Both the position numbers and the translations under genes were made by a program. This document shows positions 1 to 9,272 of a DNA stretch of 64,000 nucleotides, in pieces. Below the pieces are notes generated by a model. The model worked only from the letters and a program-made list of their open reading frames with translations, ran no database searches and was not told the DNA's origin. The stretch is from positions 96,001-160,000 of IMG/VR virus record IMGVR_UViG_2889049205_000001; one strand, given 5' to 3'. Position 1 is the stretch's first letter. Each line of letters starts with the position of its first letter. This DNA is from a virus (Duplodnaviria; Caudoviricetes).

Positions 1-90
1 ATATCAATTCCCTTGCAAAATTGTCGTATTGCCATCCGCCTCTGAACCAATGAGCCATGCCATTCATTCCTCCATTTCTTAATAGACCGG

Positions 91-357
91 TTAATTAATT
101 TTACGACCAATGATCATGCCGCCATGGTTCTCGATCGCATCTTTGCGGATCCGTTCCCGCTGCTCGTACAGCCATGTCAGCCACTCTTCCCGCTCCTTGA
201 TCTTGCCTCTGCATTTGAAGCAGCATCCGAAGGTGATTCCTGGGAACTTGATCGATTTGGTCCTGTTGCTGATGAATCCGCACTCCGAATTCAGGCACTC
301 ATAGCGTTTCGGCTCTTTCGGCTCTTTCGTCACATTGGTCGCTTTCGCCCTGCTCAT
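91..357 (-). CDS. Hypothetical Zn-ribbon protein
   Basis: CxxxxC and CxxC pairs; purine-rich RBS. Confidence 0.65.
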   Translation of the reverse strand: MSRAKATNVTKEPKEPKRYECLNSECGFISNRTKSIKFPGITFGCCFKCRGKIKEREEWLTWLYEQRERIRKDAIENHGGMIIGRKIN

Positions 358-541
358 GTTCCTCTCCCCCTAACTCTCTTTGTCCCTTGATGAATTGCAG
401 CAGATTCCGAGCCAGCTTGAATTGTCCACGATAGCTGTCCGTGTCATCCTTGTACATCTTGCCGGCGGCAATCTCCTTTTCTTCTTTTATTTTTTCAATC
501 AATGCTGCCAGCAGTTCTGAATCGTTCATCCTTAACGCCAC
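299..541 (-). CDS. Hypothetical protein
   Basis: Coupled to flanking minus-strand ORFs. Confidence 0.55.
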   Translation of the reverse strand: MALRMNDSELLAALIEKIKEEKEIAAGKMYKDDTDSYRGQFKLARNLLQFIKGQRELGGEEHEQGESDQCDERAERAETL

Positions 542-777
542 CTAACTCTGTTGAAGTCTCCTCTTGGCCGCAGCACCTGTTCTGGATCAACGGTGATAGC
601 CTCTTGGCCTTCGATGTGATCAGGTAATCCCAGACTTACATCCCCTGTAAGCAGGACCTCAATGGTGCCTCTGAAATGATTCACTCGGATGTCCTCGATC
701 GTGATCCCATCTTGAAGGCCAATCAGCTCCACCATCAACTCTTTCGTGACATGCAATTTTCCCTGCCCCATGCTCAT
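532..777 (-). CDS. Hypothetical protein
   Basis: GGAGAG RBS, operon context. Confidence 0.65.
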   Translation of the reverse strand: MSMGQGKLHVTKELMVELIGLQDGITIEDIRVNHFRGTIEVLLTGDVSLGLPDHIEGQEAITVDPEQVLRPRGDFNRVRWR

Positions 778-792
778 CTCTCCTCTCCACGC

Positions 793-1062
793 CTACAGCA
801 TGTCATTCCAGTCATCATTCGTTGAAATACCTCGGGCCTCATACGATTTCATTTTCTTGTCGAATTTGGCGAGCGCCTTTGGACTCATTTCAAAGAAGTC
901 ATCGTCCACTGCATTCGGATTTGCTTCACCGAAGAAGAGGCTTCCCCTTTTCTTTGGCGCCGCAGCTGCTGCTGACTTGCTGCCAGTCGCTTTCCCGAAC
1001 ACAGAGGATACATGCGAGAACAGTGGATTGGTCCCTAGAGCTCTGTTGGCCCGCAGGAACAT
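793..1062 (-). CDS. Hypothetical protein (start moved to ATG 1062)
   Basis: GAGGT RBS downstream of a sigmaA-like promoter. Confidence 0.6.
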   Translation of the reverse strand: MFLRANRALGTNPLFSHVSSVFGKATGSKSAAAAAPKKRGSLFFGEANPNAVDDDFFEMSPKALAKFDKKMKSYEARGISTNDDWNDML

Positions 1063-1081
1063 GTCACTAACCTCACTTTCA

Positions 1082-1129
1082 TGTAACGCATTACACAACT
1101 ATTATACACCGTCTGTCTTGTTATTGGAA
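1082..1129 (-). promoter_or_regulatory. SigmaA-type promoter with palindromic operator
   Basis: TTCCAA-17 bp-TATAAT on the minus strand, followed by TGTAATGCGTTACA. Confidence 0.65.
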
Positions 1130-1145
1130 TAAAAAAAGACACCGA

Positions 1146-1568
1146 TCACTCGGTGCCTTGAGTTTCCTTTCGAAAGCTGTAGATTTTCGCCGGTCTTCGC
1201 TTTGCCTCGCTCATCTTCTTCTCGAAGCTGCTGTTCATATGAGTGCCATAAAACTTGTTATGGAACAGTAAGAATGCTCTGCTCATCGACTCCGCCATGC
1301 TCGGCGATGCCGTTTCCACGCTCCATGATTCATTCTCATCATCCTGAATGGAACAATGTTCCTGAATCGCTATTGGAGCTCCGCCAAATCTTGTGCAGCT
1401 GACGCTACACCCTATATCCGATATGTACTCTCTTAGCTGCAGTGCTGCTAGGTCATCTGTTGACCACGATTTATGCGGGATCTCATTGTCCACTTGATGA
1501 ACGATACTTGTGATCAGCTCATCCATCAAAGAGCCTGGATCCATTTGAAGGATCTTTTGCGGGTTCAC
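1146..1568 (-). CDS. Hypothetical phage protein
   Basis: 140 aa ORF, GAGGTG RBS. Confidence 0.65.
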   Translation of the reverse strand: MNPQKILQMDPGSLMDELITSIVHQVDNEIPHKSWSTDDLAALQLREYISDIGCSVSCTRFGGAPIAIQEHCSIQDDENESWSVETASPSMAESMSRAFLLFHNKFYGTHMNSSFEKKMSEAKRRPAKIYSFRKETQGTE

Positions 1569-1814
1569 CGGCCCACCACCTCTCTCTTATTCTATCTACC
1601 ATTTTACCCCATTTCCTATAGCGGCATAATTATTCTCAAAAAAAATTTTGAGCCACAACAAACCTATGGAAAGTTTCCTATAGGGGGCCATTTTTCTAAA
1701 AAAAATTGCTCGAGGTAGCTGGTATATAGGGGTGGCACCACTTAAACGTTCTGTGCCCCACCCCCTATATATACAACGCCGGCACATGGACTGTGCCATA
1801 TGGAGGAAACCCCA

Positions 1815-2105
1815 ATGAAGATCAGAGTCGTGAATGTTAAGAGATTTGCAATTGCTTGCGTTACTGTAGGTGTCGTACTTGGTTCTGCTATTACCTTATT
1901 GGTAAGCAATCACCATGATACGCATTACACCTATAAGAATGTAGTCGCAAGCAAGGGCGATACGCTATGGACATTGGTACGGCAATACAACCCTGATTAT
2001 AGCGGGGATGTGCGTGTACTGGTACACATGGCAAGCAAGCACAATGGTAGCTCATCTATTGATGCAGCTACTGTGGTGAGTATCCCTGTGCAGGAGGGCA
2101 ACTAA
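1815..2105 (+). CDS. Membrane-anchored LysM protein (YneA-like)
   Basis: One TM helix followed by LysM signature VVASKGDTLWTLV...IP; GGAGG RBS. Confidence 0.75.
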   Translation: MKIRVVNVKRFAIACVTVGVVLGSAITLLVSNHHDTHYTYKNVVASKGDTLWTLVRQYNPDYSGDVRVLVHMASKHNGSSSIDAATVVSIPVQEGN

Positions 2106-2262
2106 TATGCCACATGCAAAGGACCTCATTCATAAGGGGCTCTACATGGGTCCTGTAAGCGGCGGTATCGGCTACGTGTATGAATACCATGGCCAACTGT
2201 ACGTGTACACTGCTGGCCGCATCATACCTCATGAGCAGCATCTGAGGGAGAAGGCATGACAA

Positions 2263-2324
2263 GGACGAAACGCACCCTGTATCAAGGGGGTGCGTCCATG
2301 GGTGCTACCCATGCTGATGAGTCC
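2263..2324 (+). ncRNA. Hammerhead ribozyme, type II
   Basis: GGAC-GAAA-CGCACCC/GGGTGCG-TC-CATGGG/CCCATG-CTGATGA-GTCC: complete core, GUC cleavage triplet at 2294-2296. Confidence 0.9.
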
Positions 2325-2388
2325 AGTAAATGCTCACCCATGTAAGACGTGACCTATATGGCACGCTATGGGATAGAAAGGATCTACC

Positions 2389-2955
2389 ATGAACGCAGCA
2401 TCTATCCGTAACAGTTTCTCCACCATGATGGAGGACATGGCCCGTGAGGCAGGCAAGGTATTTCGCCGCTTTGCATCCACTACCCCTGTACAGGCAGCCC
2501 CTGTGCATGTAGCATCCTCCCCTGCCAAGAAGGCCCCTACTGTATCCCATGCCCCTGTAGCCAAGGCTAGCTGGGTTGTGGAGCGTAGCGAGGCTATGCC
2601 TGTAGCTGCAGCCCGCTATGCTGCACAGGTGGCCAAGGTACCCCCTACTGCAGAGAAGGTCTCTGTTAAGGGTGCTGTCGTCGTAGGCGTGGTTGCTGCA
2701 ACGGCAGCTGCCATTGCAACCCCTACCCTGGGGACGGCCTTATTGGCAGGTGCTTCTGCGGCTGCTGTTGCAGAGCTGATCCGCAATCGCAAGAAACAAG
2801 GCGCCAAGAAACAAGCCCTTGTTGCAGGACTCACTGCTTTGGCCGCACCGCTTGGCGTGGTCTATGGCGGCATGGCCGTGTTGTCCTTATCTGGACTTGC
2901 ATGGCAATTGGGCTTGACCGGCTGGAACGCAGCCACGCTCGCAATCCTGCTTTAA
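2389..2955 (+). CDS. Ala-rich membrane protein
   Basis: Hydrophobic C-terminal segments; AAGGA RBS. Confidence 0.65.
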   Translation: MNAASIRNSFSTMMEDMAREAGKVFRRFASTTPVQAAPVHVASSPAKKAPTVSHAPVAKASWVVERSEAMPVAAARYAAQVAKVPPTAEKVSVKGAVVVGVVAATAAAIATPTLGTALLAGASAAAVAELIRNRKKQGAKKQALVAGLTALAAPLGVVYGGMAVLSLSGLAWQLGLTGWNAATLAILL

Positions 2956-3361
2956 TTGGCAGGGTTCGATATGGGACTCGCTGATTACAGGGTGAAATGA
3001 TATATCCCTGCTATTGGCATCCCCTCCCCCTTGTGCCGGTCGATCCGCATGGGGGCAGTACACAGAATCGGCCTAGCTGGAACACGGATCTTTAAGCCGT
3101 GTTCTTTTTGTGTTCCGGCGAACTGCAAGAAGAACGGGCCGTGTCCTGTGGGTGTACGTGACCCAGGGCATTGGCAACCACGTATCCCTCTCCTGTTTAA
3201 GGGCTGATCACCCCAGGAGTTGTAGTCCGTGCATGGCGAGCTTTAACGAGACAGTGACTGTCATCCCTCTCCGACGCAATACCGCAATACCCGCTTCACC
3301 TGTCGCCCGTCCCTTTGTCCGCAAGTCCAAAACCAATTTACTCTGAGGAGAGATATCTATC

Positions 3362-6300
3362 ATGACAACTACTAACCGTAACGCTAAGAAAGCACACATG
3401 GAAACAATGAAAGCTCAACAAGCCAGAAAGTCGATGCTCCGTAACGCTATCAAGTCGCATAAGCAATCGATGAAGGCCGCTCGCCCTGTGGCAGCTGACA
3501 ACCCATTGGCAACCAACCAAGGCATCATCAGCGCAATGCAGGTATTCGGTATTGAGCAAGGCATCATCAATCGCATCCTCTTCGGTATTGGCGAGGGTAT
3601 GGGCCTGATCGTGCAGCTTCGTGATCCTGCTCTTGTGGCCGGCCTTACTGATGCTGATCGTGCTGAGATCGAGCGCTTCGTGAATGCTCACGACAAACTG
3701 CCTGCAGTGGTTCGTAAGCCGAAGCGGGTATCGGTTCAAGTGTCGAAAGCAAGCGTCCACAAGATGCGTTACGATCTGGACGGCATGGATATCTTCTCCA
3801 CGCTGAACTACTCGGATCCAGGCAGCACACAAGCTGATACTGGCTACCAAGTGATCCAGGAGAATCAACTCTCTGAGCTGCTGGCTTCTGCGCCGGTCGA
3901 AGTGGTCTTCACTCGCAATGTTGGTGGCGAGATCGTAGAATCCCCACGCCGCCTCTCCCTGATGCGCTGGGTGCATGTCGTGGACATGTATGTATCCCTG
4001 CCTGAAGATGAGATCGATGCAGAAACGCAAGAGCTGCTGACTATGCAGGAGCTGATGATGCGTAACGGCTACCTCTTCGCAAATGAAGATGGTGAGATCG
4101 TGCGTGCCAACTACCTGTATCAATCGGCATCTCAAGCACGTCAGCTGCAAGGCATCTTCTTGTCAGAAGAATGCCCACATACACCAGCCGAAGTGCTGAT
4201 GATGCTGGGTCATGACTTCCTGGCATACTCGAAACGTAAGGCAGCTGGTGTCTATGAATTGGACATCACGAAGATGCTGAAGCGTTTCGGTCTGGCTGGT
4301 ACTTCCTCCATTCCTTCCCGCACGATCGACATCGGTCAAGATACGGTGAATCTGGAGAATGGCGAGTACATGATCGTTGGTGGCCGTCACACGATGATGG
4401 TGATCGAGGATCGATATGCGGTGGTGAAGCGTGGCCTGTACAAGGTCATGGATCCGAAAACCCGCTCCATGAAGACCCTCGATGCTGCAGAGATCAATCA
4501 AACCATGGCTGTCGGTGATGGCCTGGTCTTCTGCGACGAGGAAGTATACGCAGCACTCTTGGCTGAGTTCGGCCAGGAGTCTGATGCTTGGCAGATCCGC
4601 CTCACTCCGTTCACCAAAGGCCTGATGGTCTTTGTTCCGGATATGAGAGCGATCGTTGGGGCCAATGGCAAACCACTGTATGACGCAAACATCGTTGCTA
4701 CGAAGTCCGCTGTCAAAGGCGACTATCGTGCGATCGCTAAGGACTTCAAGATCCAACTCCGTGTTGCCCTGTTCAATAAATCCATGGGCCAAACGAAACC
4801 GTACACGCTGCTGCCGTATCAAATGACTCATGGCACATCGGTGACGGCCAAGGATCTGATCAACACCTTGGATGTGCATCTGAACGGTGTATTGGATGAT
4901 ATGAATGATCCACATCGTATGGCCACACGTCTGGGCTTGTATTCGATTCAAGACATGGGCAACGACATGACACTTGAGGAGATCGAAGCAGCTGAGAAGA
5001 AAGCCATCTTCAATACTCATGGTCTGTTCCTGCACCACGCTCCGTTCACAGCACATGATGCCATGATGCGTCGCTGGTCGATTGAGCTGATGCATGAGCA
5101 GCTGGAGAAATGGCAGTATGGCAGCATCCCAGTGGAAGGCCACTATCGCTTCATGGTTCAAGATCCATATGCGATCCTGAATGCAGGCATCACTCAGATT
5201 CGTGACGATGAGGGCAATCTTCTGGTTCCGGAGAATGAGGGTCTTGAAGCGAACACGATCTTCATCAAAGGTCGTGGCGAGAACGGCAAGCTCGAGGACA
5301 TCACCGGCCAACATGTAGCACTGGGTCGTAATCCAATGGTTGGCAAGGAGATGCAAATCACGAAGGTGGCAGCGAGCACTCGATATGAGGCTGCCGTGAA
5401 GAAGGGTGGATTCCGTAACCTGCTCGTAATGAGTGTGCATGACTTCTGCACATTCGCTATGGGCGGCGCTGATAATGATGGGGACACCGGCTTGACCATT
5501 ACCGAGAACGCAATCGTCCGCAGCGTCATGAAGAAACCAGGCATTCCCGTGCTTGATCTTCACATGAAATACGACGCTGATGGACGCCTCTCTGGTTTTG
5601 GAAGCGGGTGCCCTTGGAGCGGCGACACGGGTGAGGTTCCATCTCTGGAAGCACCACATGTTGCACAACGTGATTTTATCATTCAATTCACAGCGGATCA
5701 ATACACAGCTGAGTTCCGTTCTGCGATCCATGAGCTTTCCAAAGAGTTCGTCATCCGTACACTGGAGCCGAACAAGATTGGATACATGACCAATATCGCT
5801 ACGAAGCTGGCTGATGCTGTGCGCAAGATCGGCTATATGATCGCCGGCAACCTGGATCAATACGGCAACAAGATGAATGCACCTCGTAATGCTTCGGCCG
5901 CCGCTGTACTCAAGAGCGAGATCGAGCAATATGAGAGCTACATCGAATTGCTGCGCCTTTGCCAAGGATGGGAGATCGACCGTGCGAAACACGGCGGTGC
6001 TTACATGGAGCAGCTGGCTGAGGAGCTGCGCTTCCTGAAGGATCCATCCCTTGCCACATTCGCTAAGTACAAACTGAAGAACGGTCGCACGGTATGGACC
6101 AATCCAGTATGGCTTGCTGAAGCAAAAGGCAAGAACGGCTTCAATACAAACTCGGTTCTATCTCAGGTGCATGCCTATGTGAAGAACTGGAAAGCTACGC
6201 AGCTGGATGCACGCCTCGATGAGATCATGAATGACGTTGACACGTATAACGTGCTGACCGATATGGCGCAAGGTATTGCAATCGAACCAGCTGTGCAGAA

Positions 6301-7045
6301 AGCACTTGAAGATGCAATCCGTCCGATCAAAGGCACATATGGTGCAGCGATCGCCAGCGCATACGATAGGTTCAAAGCTGCTCGTGATGAAGCTCTTGCC
6401 CAATGCAATGGTGACGCTGCTGTGGCGGAGGAACTGATCGAGCTGCTTGAGAAGGAGCGGGCTCTGGATGTTGCATCTGCAGTTGATGCTGCTCAGCAAT
6501 CCATGACTGCTCTGGAAGAAGGATTCGATATCGTTCACATCGGATATGTTGCTTACCACATGACCTATGCTAATCGTCGCACCAATAAGCGTATCGACGA
6601 TGTCACTGGTGAAGTGGTCGAGTACCAATCCGGCATCGGCTTCCCATGGACCGCAGCCAAGCGTCAATTCCTGAATGCAGCACGCTATGTGCAATTCGGA
6701 AACACTGGCCGCACCGTCTTGAACGAAATCAAGGCAGGATCCTTTAACATGGGCACGGTGGTGCATACCGCTAAGGATGCAGAACGCATGCTTGATTCTG
6801 TTCGCAACTTCGGAAAGGTTATCGTGAAGTATGAGCGTAATCTGCTTACGAAGAACTCTGCATATAACATTTATGCAATGAGCGCCAATGGAACCATGAC
6901 ACAATGCGGCATCCTGTATGATTCTGCTCTTCGCTTCCTCACTGGTGCTCCTGCTTATGAGGTTACGGTAGAAGATGCAACATACAACGGTGGTCACTCC
7001 GTAAACATGAAAGTGATCGCTCGCCAACCAATCGAGCTTAACTAA
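3362..7045 (+). CDS. YonO-like single-subunit two-barrel RNA polymerase (cellular RdRP-related fold)
   Basis: 1227 aa; GDG, WQIRL..TKGL, GRNP and MGGADNDGD (DxDGD catalytic loop) in the order typical of the QDE-1/YonO family. Confidence 0.8.
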   Translation: MTTTNRNAKKAHMETMKAQQARKSMLRNAIKSHKQSMKAARPVAADNPLATNQGIISAMQVFGIEQGIINRILFGIGEGMGLIVQLRDPALVAGLTDADRAEIERFVNAHDKLPAVVRKPKRVSVQVSKASVHKMRYDLDGMDIFSTLNYSDPGSTQADTGYQVIQENQLSELLASAPVEVVFTRNVGGEIVESPRRLSLMRWVHVVDMYVSLPEDEIDAETQELLTMQELMMRNGYLFANEDGEIVRANYLYQSASQARQLQGIFLSEECPHTPAEVLMMLGHDFLAYSKRKAAGVYELDITKMLKRFGLAGTSSIPSRTIDIGQDTVNLENGEYMIVGGRHTMMVIEDRYAVVKRGLYKVMDPKTRSMKTLDAAEINQTMAVGDGLVFCDEEVYAALLAEFGQESDAWQIRLTPFTKGLMVFVPDMRAIVGANGKPLYDANIVATKSAVKGDYRAIAKDFKIQLRVALFNKSMGQTKPYTLLPYQMTHGTSVTAKDLINTLDVHLNGVLDDMNDPHRMATRLGLYSIQDMGNDMTLEEIEAAEKKAIFNTHGLFLHHAPFTAHDAMMRRWSIELMHEQLEKWQYGSIPVEGHYRFMVQDPYAILNAGITQIRDDEGNLLVPENEGLEANTIFIKGRGENGKLEDITGQHVALGRNPMVGKEMQITKVAASTRYEAAVKKGGFRNLLVMSVHDFCTFAMGGADNDGDTGLTITENAIVRSVMKKPGIPVLDLHMKYDADGRLSGFGSGCPWSGDTGEVPSLEAPHVAQRDFIIQFTADQYTAEFRSAIHELSKEFVIRTLEPNKIGYMTNIATKLADAVRKIGYMIAGNLDQYGNKMNAPRNASAAAVLKSEIEQYESYIELLRLCQGWEIDRAKHGGAYMEQLAEELRFLKDPSLATFAKYKLKNGRTVWTNPVWLAEAKGKNGFNTNSVLSQVHAYVKNWKATQLDARLDEIMNDVDTYNVLTDMAQGIAIEPAVQKALEDAIRPIKGTYGAAIASAYDRFKAARDEALAQCNGDAAVAEELIELLEKERALDVASAVDAAQQSMTALEEGFDIVHIGYVAYHMTYANRRTNKRIDDVTGEVVEYQSGIGFPWTAAKRQFLNAARYVQFGNTGRTVLNEIKAGSFNMGTVVHTAKDAERMLDSVRNFGKVIVKYERNLLTKNSAYNIYAMSANGTMTQCGILYDSALRFLTGAPAYEVTVEDATYNGGHSVNMKVIARQPIELN

Positions 7046-7053
7046 TCGGATAG

Positions 7054-7084
7054 GAGATGGTGATGCAACAGTCACTGTCTCTTT
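7054..7084 (+). terminator. Probable terminator hairpin after the RNAP gene
   Basis: GAGATGGTGA/TCACTGTCTC then TTT. Confidence 0.4.
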
Positions 7085-7248
7085 AGAGTTCGTCATGCAC
7101 AGGACAAATCAGATTCACACACCCTTCGGGTTAACCACATGCAGCCGGCACCATCGTGCTTGCACCATGCTGTGCGGCCCCACCCATTTGCTACCCCGCT
7201 CCTCCCTCCGTATCATGACCACGCATCATTCCCCGATGCACGCACCAC

Positions 7249-7274
7249 AGGCCTGTCGGCCTCATTCATGATGA
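7249..7274 (+). promoter_or_regulatory. Hairpin promoter motif, copy 1
   Basis: AGGCC-TGTC-GGCCT CATTC ATGAT GA. Confidence 0.6.
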
Positions 7275-7545
7275 TGCAACACGACCATGAAAGCCACCAG
7301 GATATCGTCTCGCACCAGAACAGCAAACGTGGGGTAACTCAGCAATGTTATCTGCATAAAGCAGTCCATGCCCTCCCAGGGCGTGGCTGCAGGTTCACCA
7401 GTGGCATGTGTGTTGTGTGATGGCCGTGAAACGAGCAAACCTGGCGAAAGAATTTCCAGTTGCGTATAGCATGCTTATGTTATGATGGTTCTATTCGTCT
7501 TTCTTGATTATATGTTATGAGACTGTCGTGCGAGGTGCGTTATCA

Positions 7546-8043
7546 TTGATTGTTCATCGTAGATCCAAGGAGCATTATCCGGTTGAGTTTCAGCCGCTTA
7601 CCTCAAGGGACGTGCAGCGCATGGTTAAAGACGGCGGCCCGAACAGTTGGGAGCCGGCATTCGACTGGTCGCTGTATTTCCGTTACAACCGCACTGAAGT
7701 GTATAAGATGGTCATTAAGGGTAATGACTACATACAGGGCTGCATTGCCTTCGAGATCAAGGAAGATCATGTCTATGTACACTTGATCGAATCGGCTCCC
7801 CATAATTTTAAGGGTAAAGAGTTCGAGATGATCGGCGAGCACATGCTTGCTTTTGCGTGTAAGCGAAGCGAGCAGCTCGGATTCGAAGGGGCCGTCGCAT
7901 TACAGTCGAAGACGGGGCCAAGATTTGTACCTCTTATGCGTTATTATATGGGCCCTAAGATTAGAGCCGAGCATCTCGGAAATGGGTACATGATTATAGA
8001 TGGCCCTTCAGCTGACCGGCTAATTATGCTATACTCTAATTAA
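7546..8043 (+). CDS. GNAT-family acetyltransferase-like protein
   Basis: VYVHLIESAPHN...IGEHMLAFAC...GFEGAVALQSK pattern; TTG start after GAGGTG. Confidence 0.65.
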   Translation: MIVHRRSKEHYPVEFQPLTSRDVQRMVKDGGPNSWEPAFDWSLYFRYNRTEVYKMVIKGNDYIQGCIAFEIKEDHVYVHLIESAPHNFKGKEFEMIGEHMLAFACKRSEQLGFEGAVALQSKTGPRFVPLMRYYMGPKIRAEHLGNGYMIIDGPSADRLIMLYSN

Positions 8044-8046
8044 GGA

Positions 8047-8238
8047 GTGATGATGCTTATGAGAACAAGACCATATGCTAGGCTGTATGCGCCAATGAGA
8101 TCTCTTGATGACGCTGCTCGTCTTGCCGGCGGGTACGTAAAGCAATCTCTTCCTGTTGAGAACCAACAACGTGATCAGATGATTTCAGAGGCTATTGCCA
8201 ATCGTAAGAATAAACGTGTTGCGAAGGTCCGCTCTTAG
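8047..8238 (+). CDS. Small basic protein, possible GNAT partner
   Basis: AAGGAG RBS directly after the GNAT stop; followed by a terminator. Confidence 0.55.
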   Translation: MMMLMRTRPYARLYAPMRSLDDAARLAGGYVKQSLPVENQQRDQMISEAIANRKNKRVAKVRS

Positions 8239-8257
8239 GAGTGGGCCTTTTTCTTTT
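8225..8257 (+). terminator. Intrinsic terminator
   Basis: AGGTCCGCTC/GAGTGGGCCT plus T-run. Confidence 0.6.
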
Positions 8258-8499
8258 GGTTCGTGATCTGTATAAAGCTTAATGCTACATATGGGGGCCG
8301 AGTGAATACGAGGCCCATATCAGATACATAGAAGTGATGTGCCTATACGATTGCTTTTCATACTGATGACTATGTGTATTGGTATGATGATCCTTTCAAT
8401 GAGGATCGTCTATAGTTCTCTCTCTTCCCCCGCCCTCCTCGCTTGGTAATCCTTTCCCCTGATTATGGTATACTATCAACATAGAAAGGTTGTGATCCT

Positions 8500-8676
8500 A
8501 TGAATATTGCTGTGTGTGAGAAAGACGGCATTACCAGTGTCCCGTTGTCTGAGGTAATGTACGTCAGCACTGAGGAGAATGCCGGAACCAAGAGAGTCGT
8601 TGTCCAAACGGCGAGCGGGAATTATACGCTGCCTGCAACACTAGCTGAGTGCGGTCAGCTCTTCGAGAAAAAGTGA
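8500..8676 (+). CDS. 58-aa half-LytTR-like protein (absent from the ORF track)
   Basis: MNIAVCEKDGITSVPLSEVMYVSTEE...VVVQTASGNYTLPATLAEC; extended -10 TGGTATACT, AAAGGT RBS, own terminator. Confidence 0.6.
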   Translation: MNIAVCEKDGITSVPLSEVMYVSTEENAGTKRVVVQTASGNYTLPATLAECGQLFEKK

Positions 8677-8829
8677 GAGAGCCCTCGTGGTTCTCTTTTT
8701 TCGTGTTGTGGTGCTTCATTTATGTATGCTCTCTATATGCTTCGTGCGTATAGGGAGCTTTTTTTATTCTCCCCCTTTCCCCAGGTTTGTGTAATGTGTT
8801 ACATTAGTCGATGAACTACAAGAAAGGAT

Positions 8830-9126
8830 GTGTTACATATGCACCCGCTCCAGGGTCATTATGCTCGTAGCTTGGATAAGCCATATGCTGCTGTTAAGGC
8901 TATCCGTAAGGGTAAGCGTCTTATCGTTGTCCCCGGCAGCTTCTTTATCAGTCGTGCAGATACTATGTTTATCTCTCTTCCCGACGACTACCAGGTGGTT
9001 TCTGAGGAAGGCAAGGTCCTTCCGGCCACCGGCTCGTTCATGATATCTGCAGAGACGTTCGATCCCTATCATGTGCTCGTAGACTATCAGCAGCAAGGGA
9101 GTGAAGCTAATGTCTCGGACGAATAG
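8830..9126 (+). CDS. Hypothetical protein
   Basis: AAAGGA RBS; operator upstream at 8790. Confidence 0.6.
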   Translation: MLHMHPLQGHYARSLDKPYAAVKAIRKGKRLIVVPGSFFISRADTMFISLPDDYQVVSEEGKVLPATGSFMISAETFDPYHVLVDYQQQGSEANVSDE

Positions 9127-9259
9127 TGATCTGCTTGATATGTCTCCTGACGATATCATGGCTGCGTATGATGCTGCCGTGAAGCGTGGGGATCAGCAAG
9201 AAGTCGCTCGGCTGCGTGAGTTTATTATCGATCGGTTGTATCAGTCCAATTTCATATGA
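9110..9259 (+). CDS. Hypothetical 49-aa protein (absent from the ORF track)
   Basis: GGGAG RBS; MSRTNSDLLDMSPDDIMAAY... Confidence 0.55.
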   Translation: MSRTNSDLLDMSPDDIMAAYDAAVKRGDQQEVARLREFIIDRLYQSNFI

Positions 9260-9272
9260 TGGAGGTAGTGCT

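Noticed and set aside
3300-3320. Extra hairpin promoter copies (also 9238, 45492, 56562)
   Set aside because: Only half the motif is present; they lack the ATTC box or the stem.
3362-7045. RNA-virus-type RdRP or reverse transcriptase
   Set aside because: The motif is the two-barrel DxDGD, not a palm-domain GDD or YADD.
3338-7096. Long minus-strand ORFs (270, 609 and 312 aa); similar ones lie opposite the helicases
   Set aside because: Antisense shadows of strongly codon-biased + strand genes; no RBS or recognisable motifs.
8262-8350. Twister ribozyme
   Set aside because: TAATGC is present but the pseudoknot partners and conserved core could not be matched.
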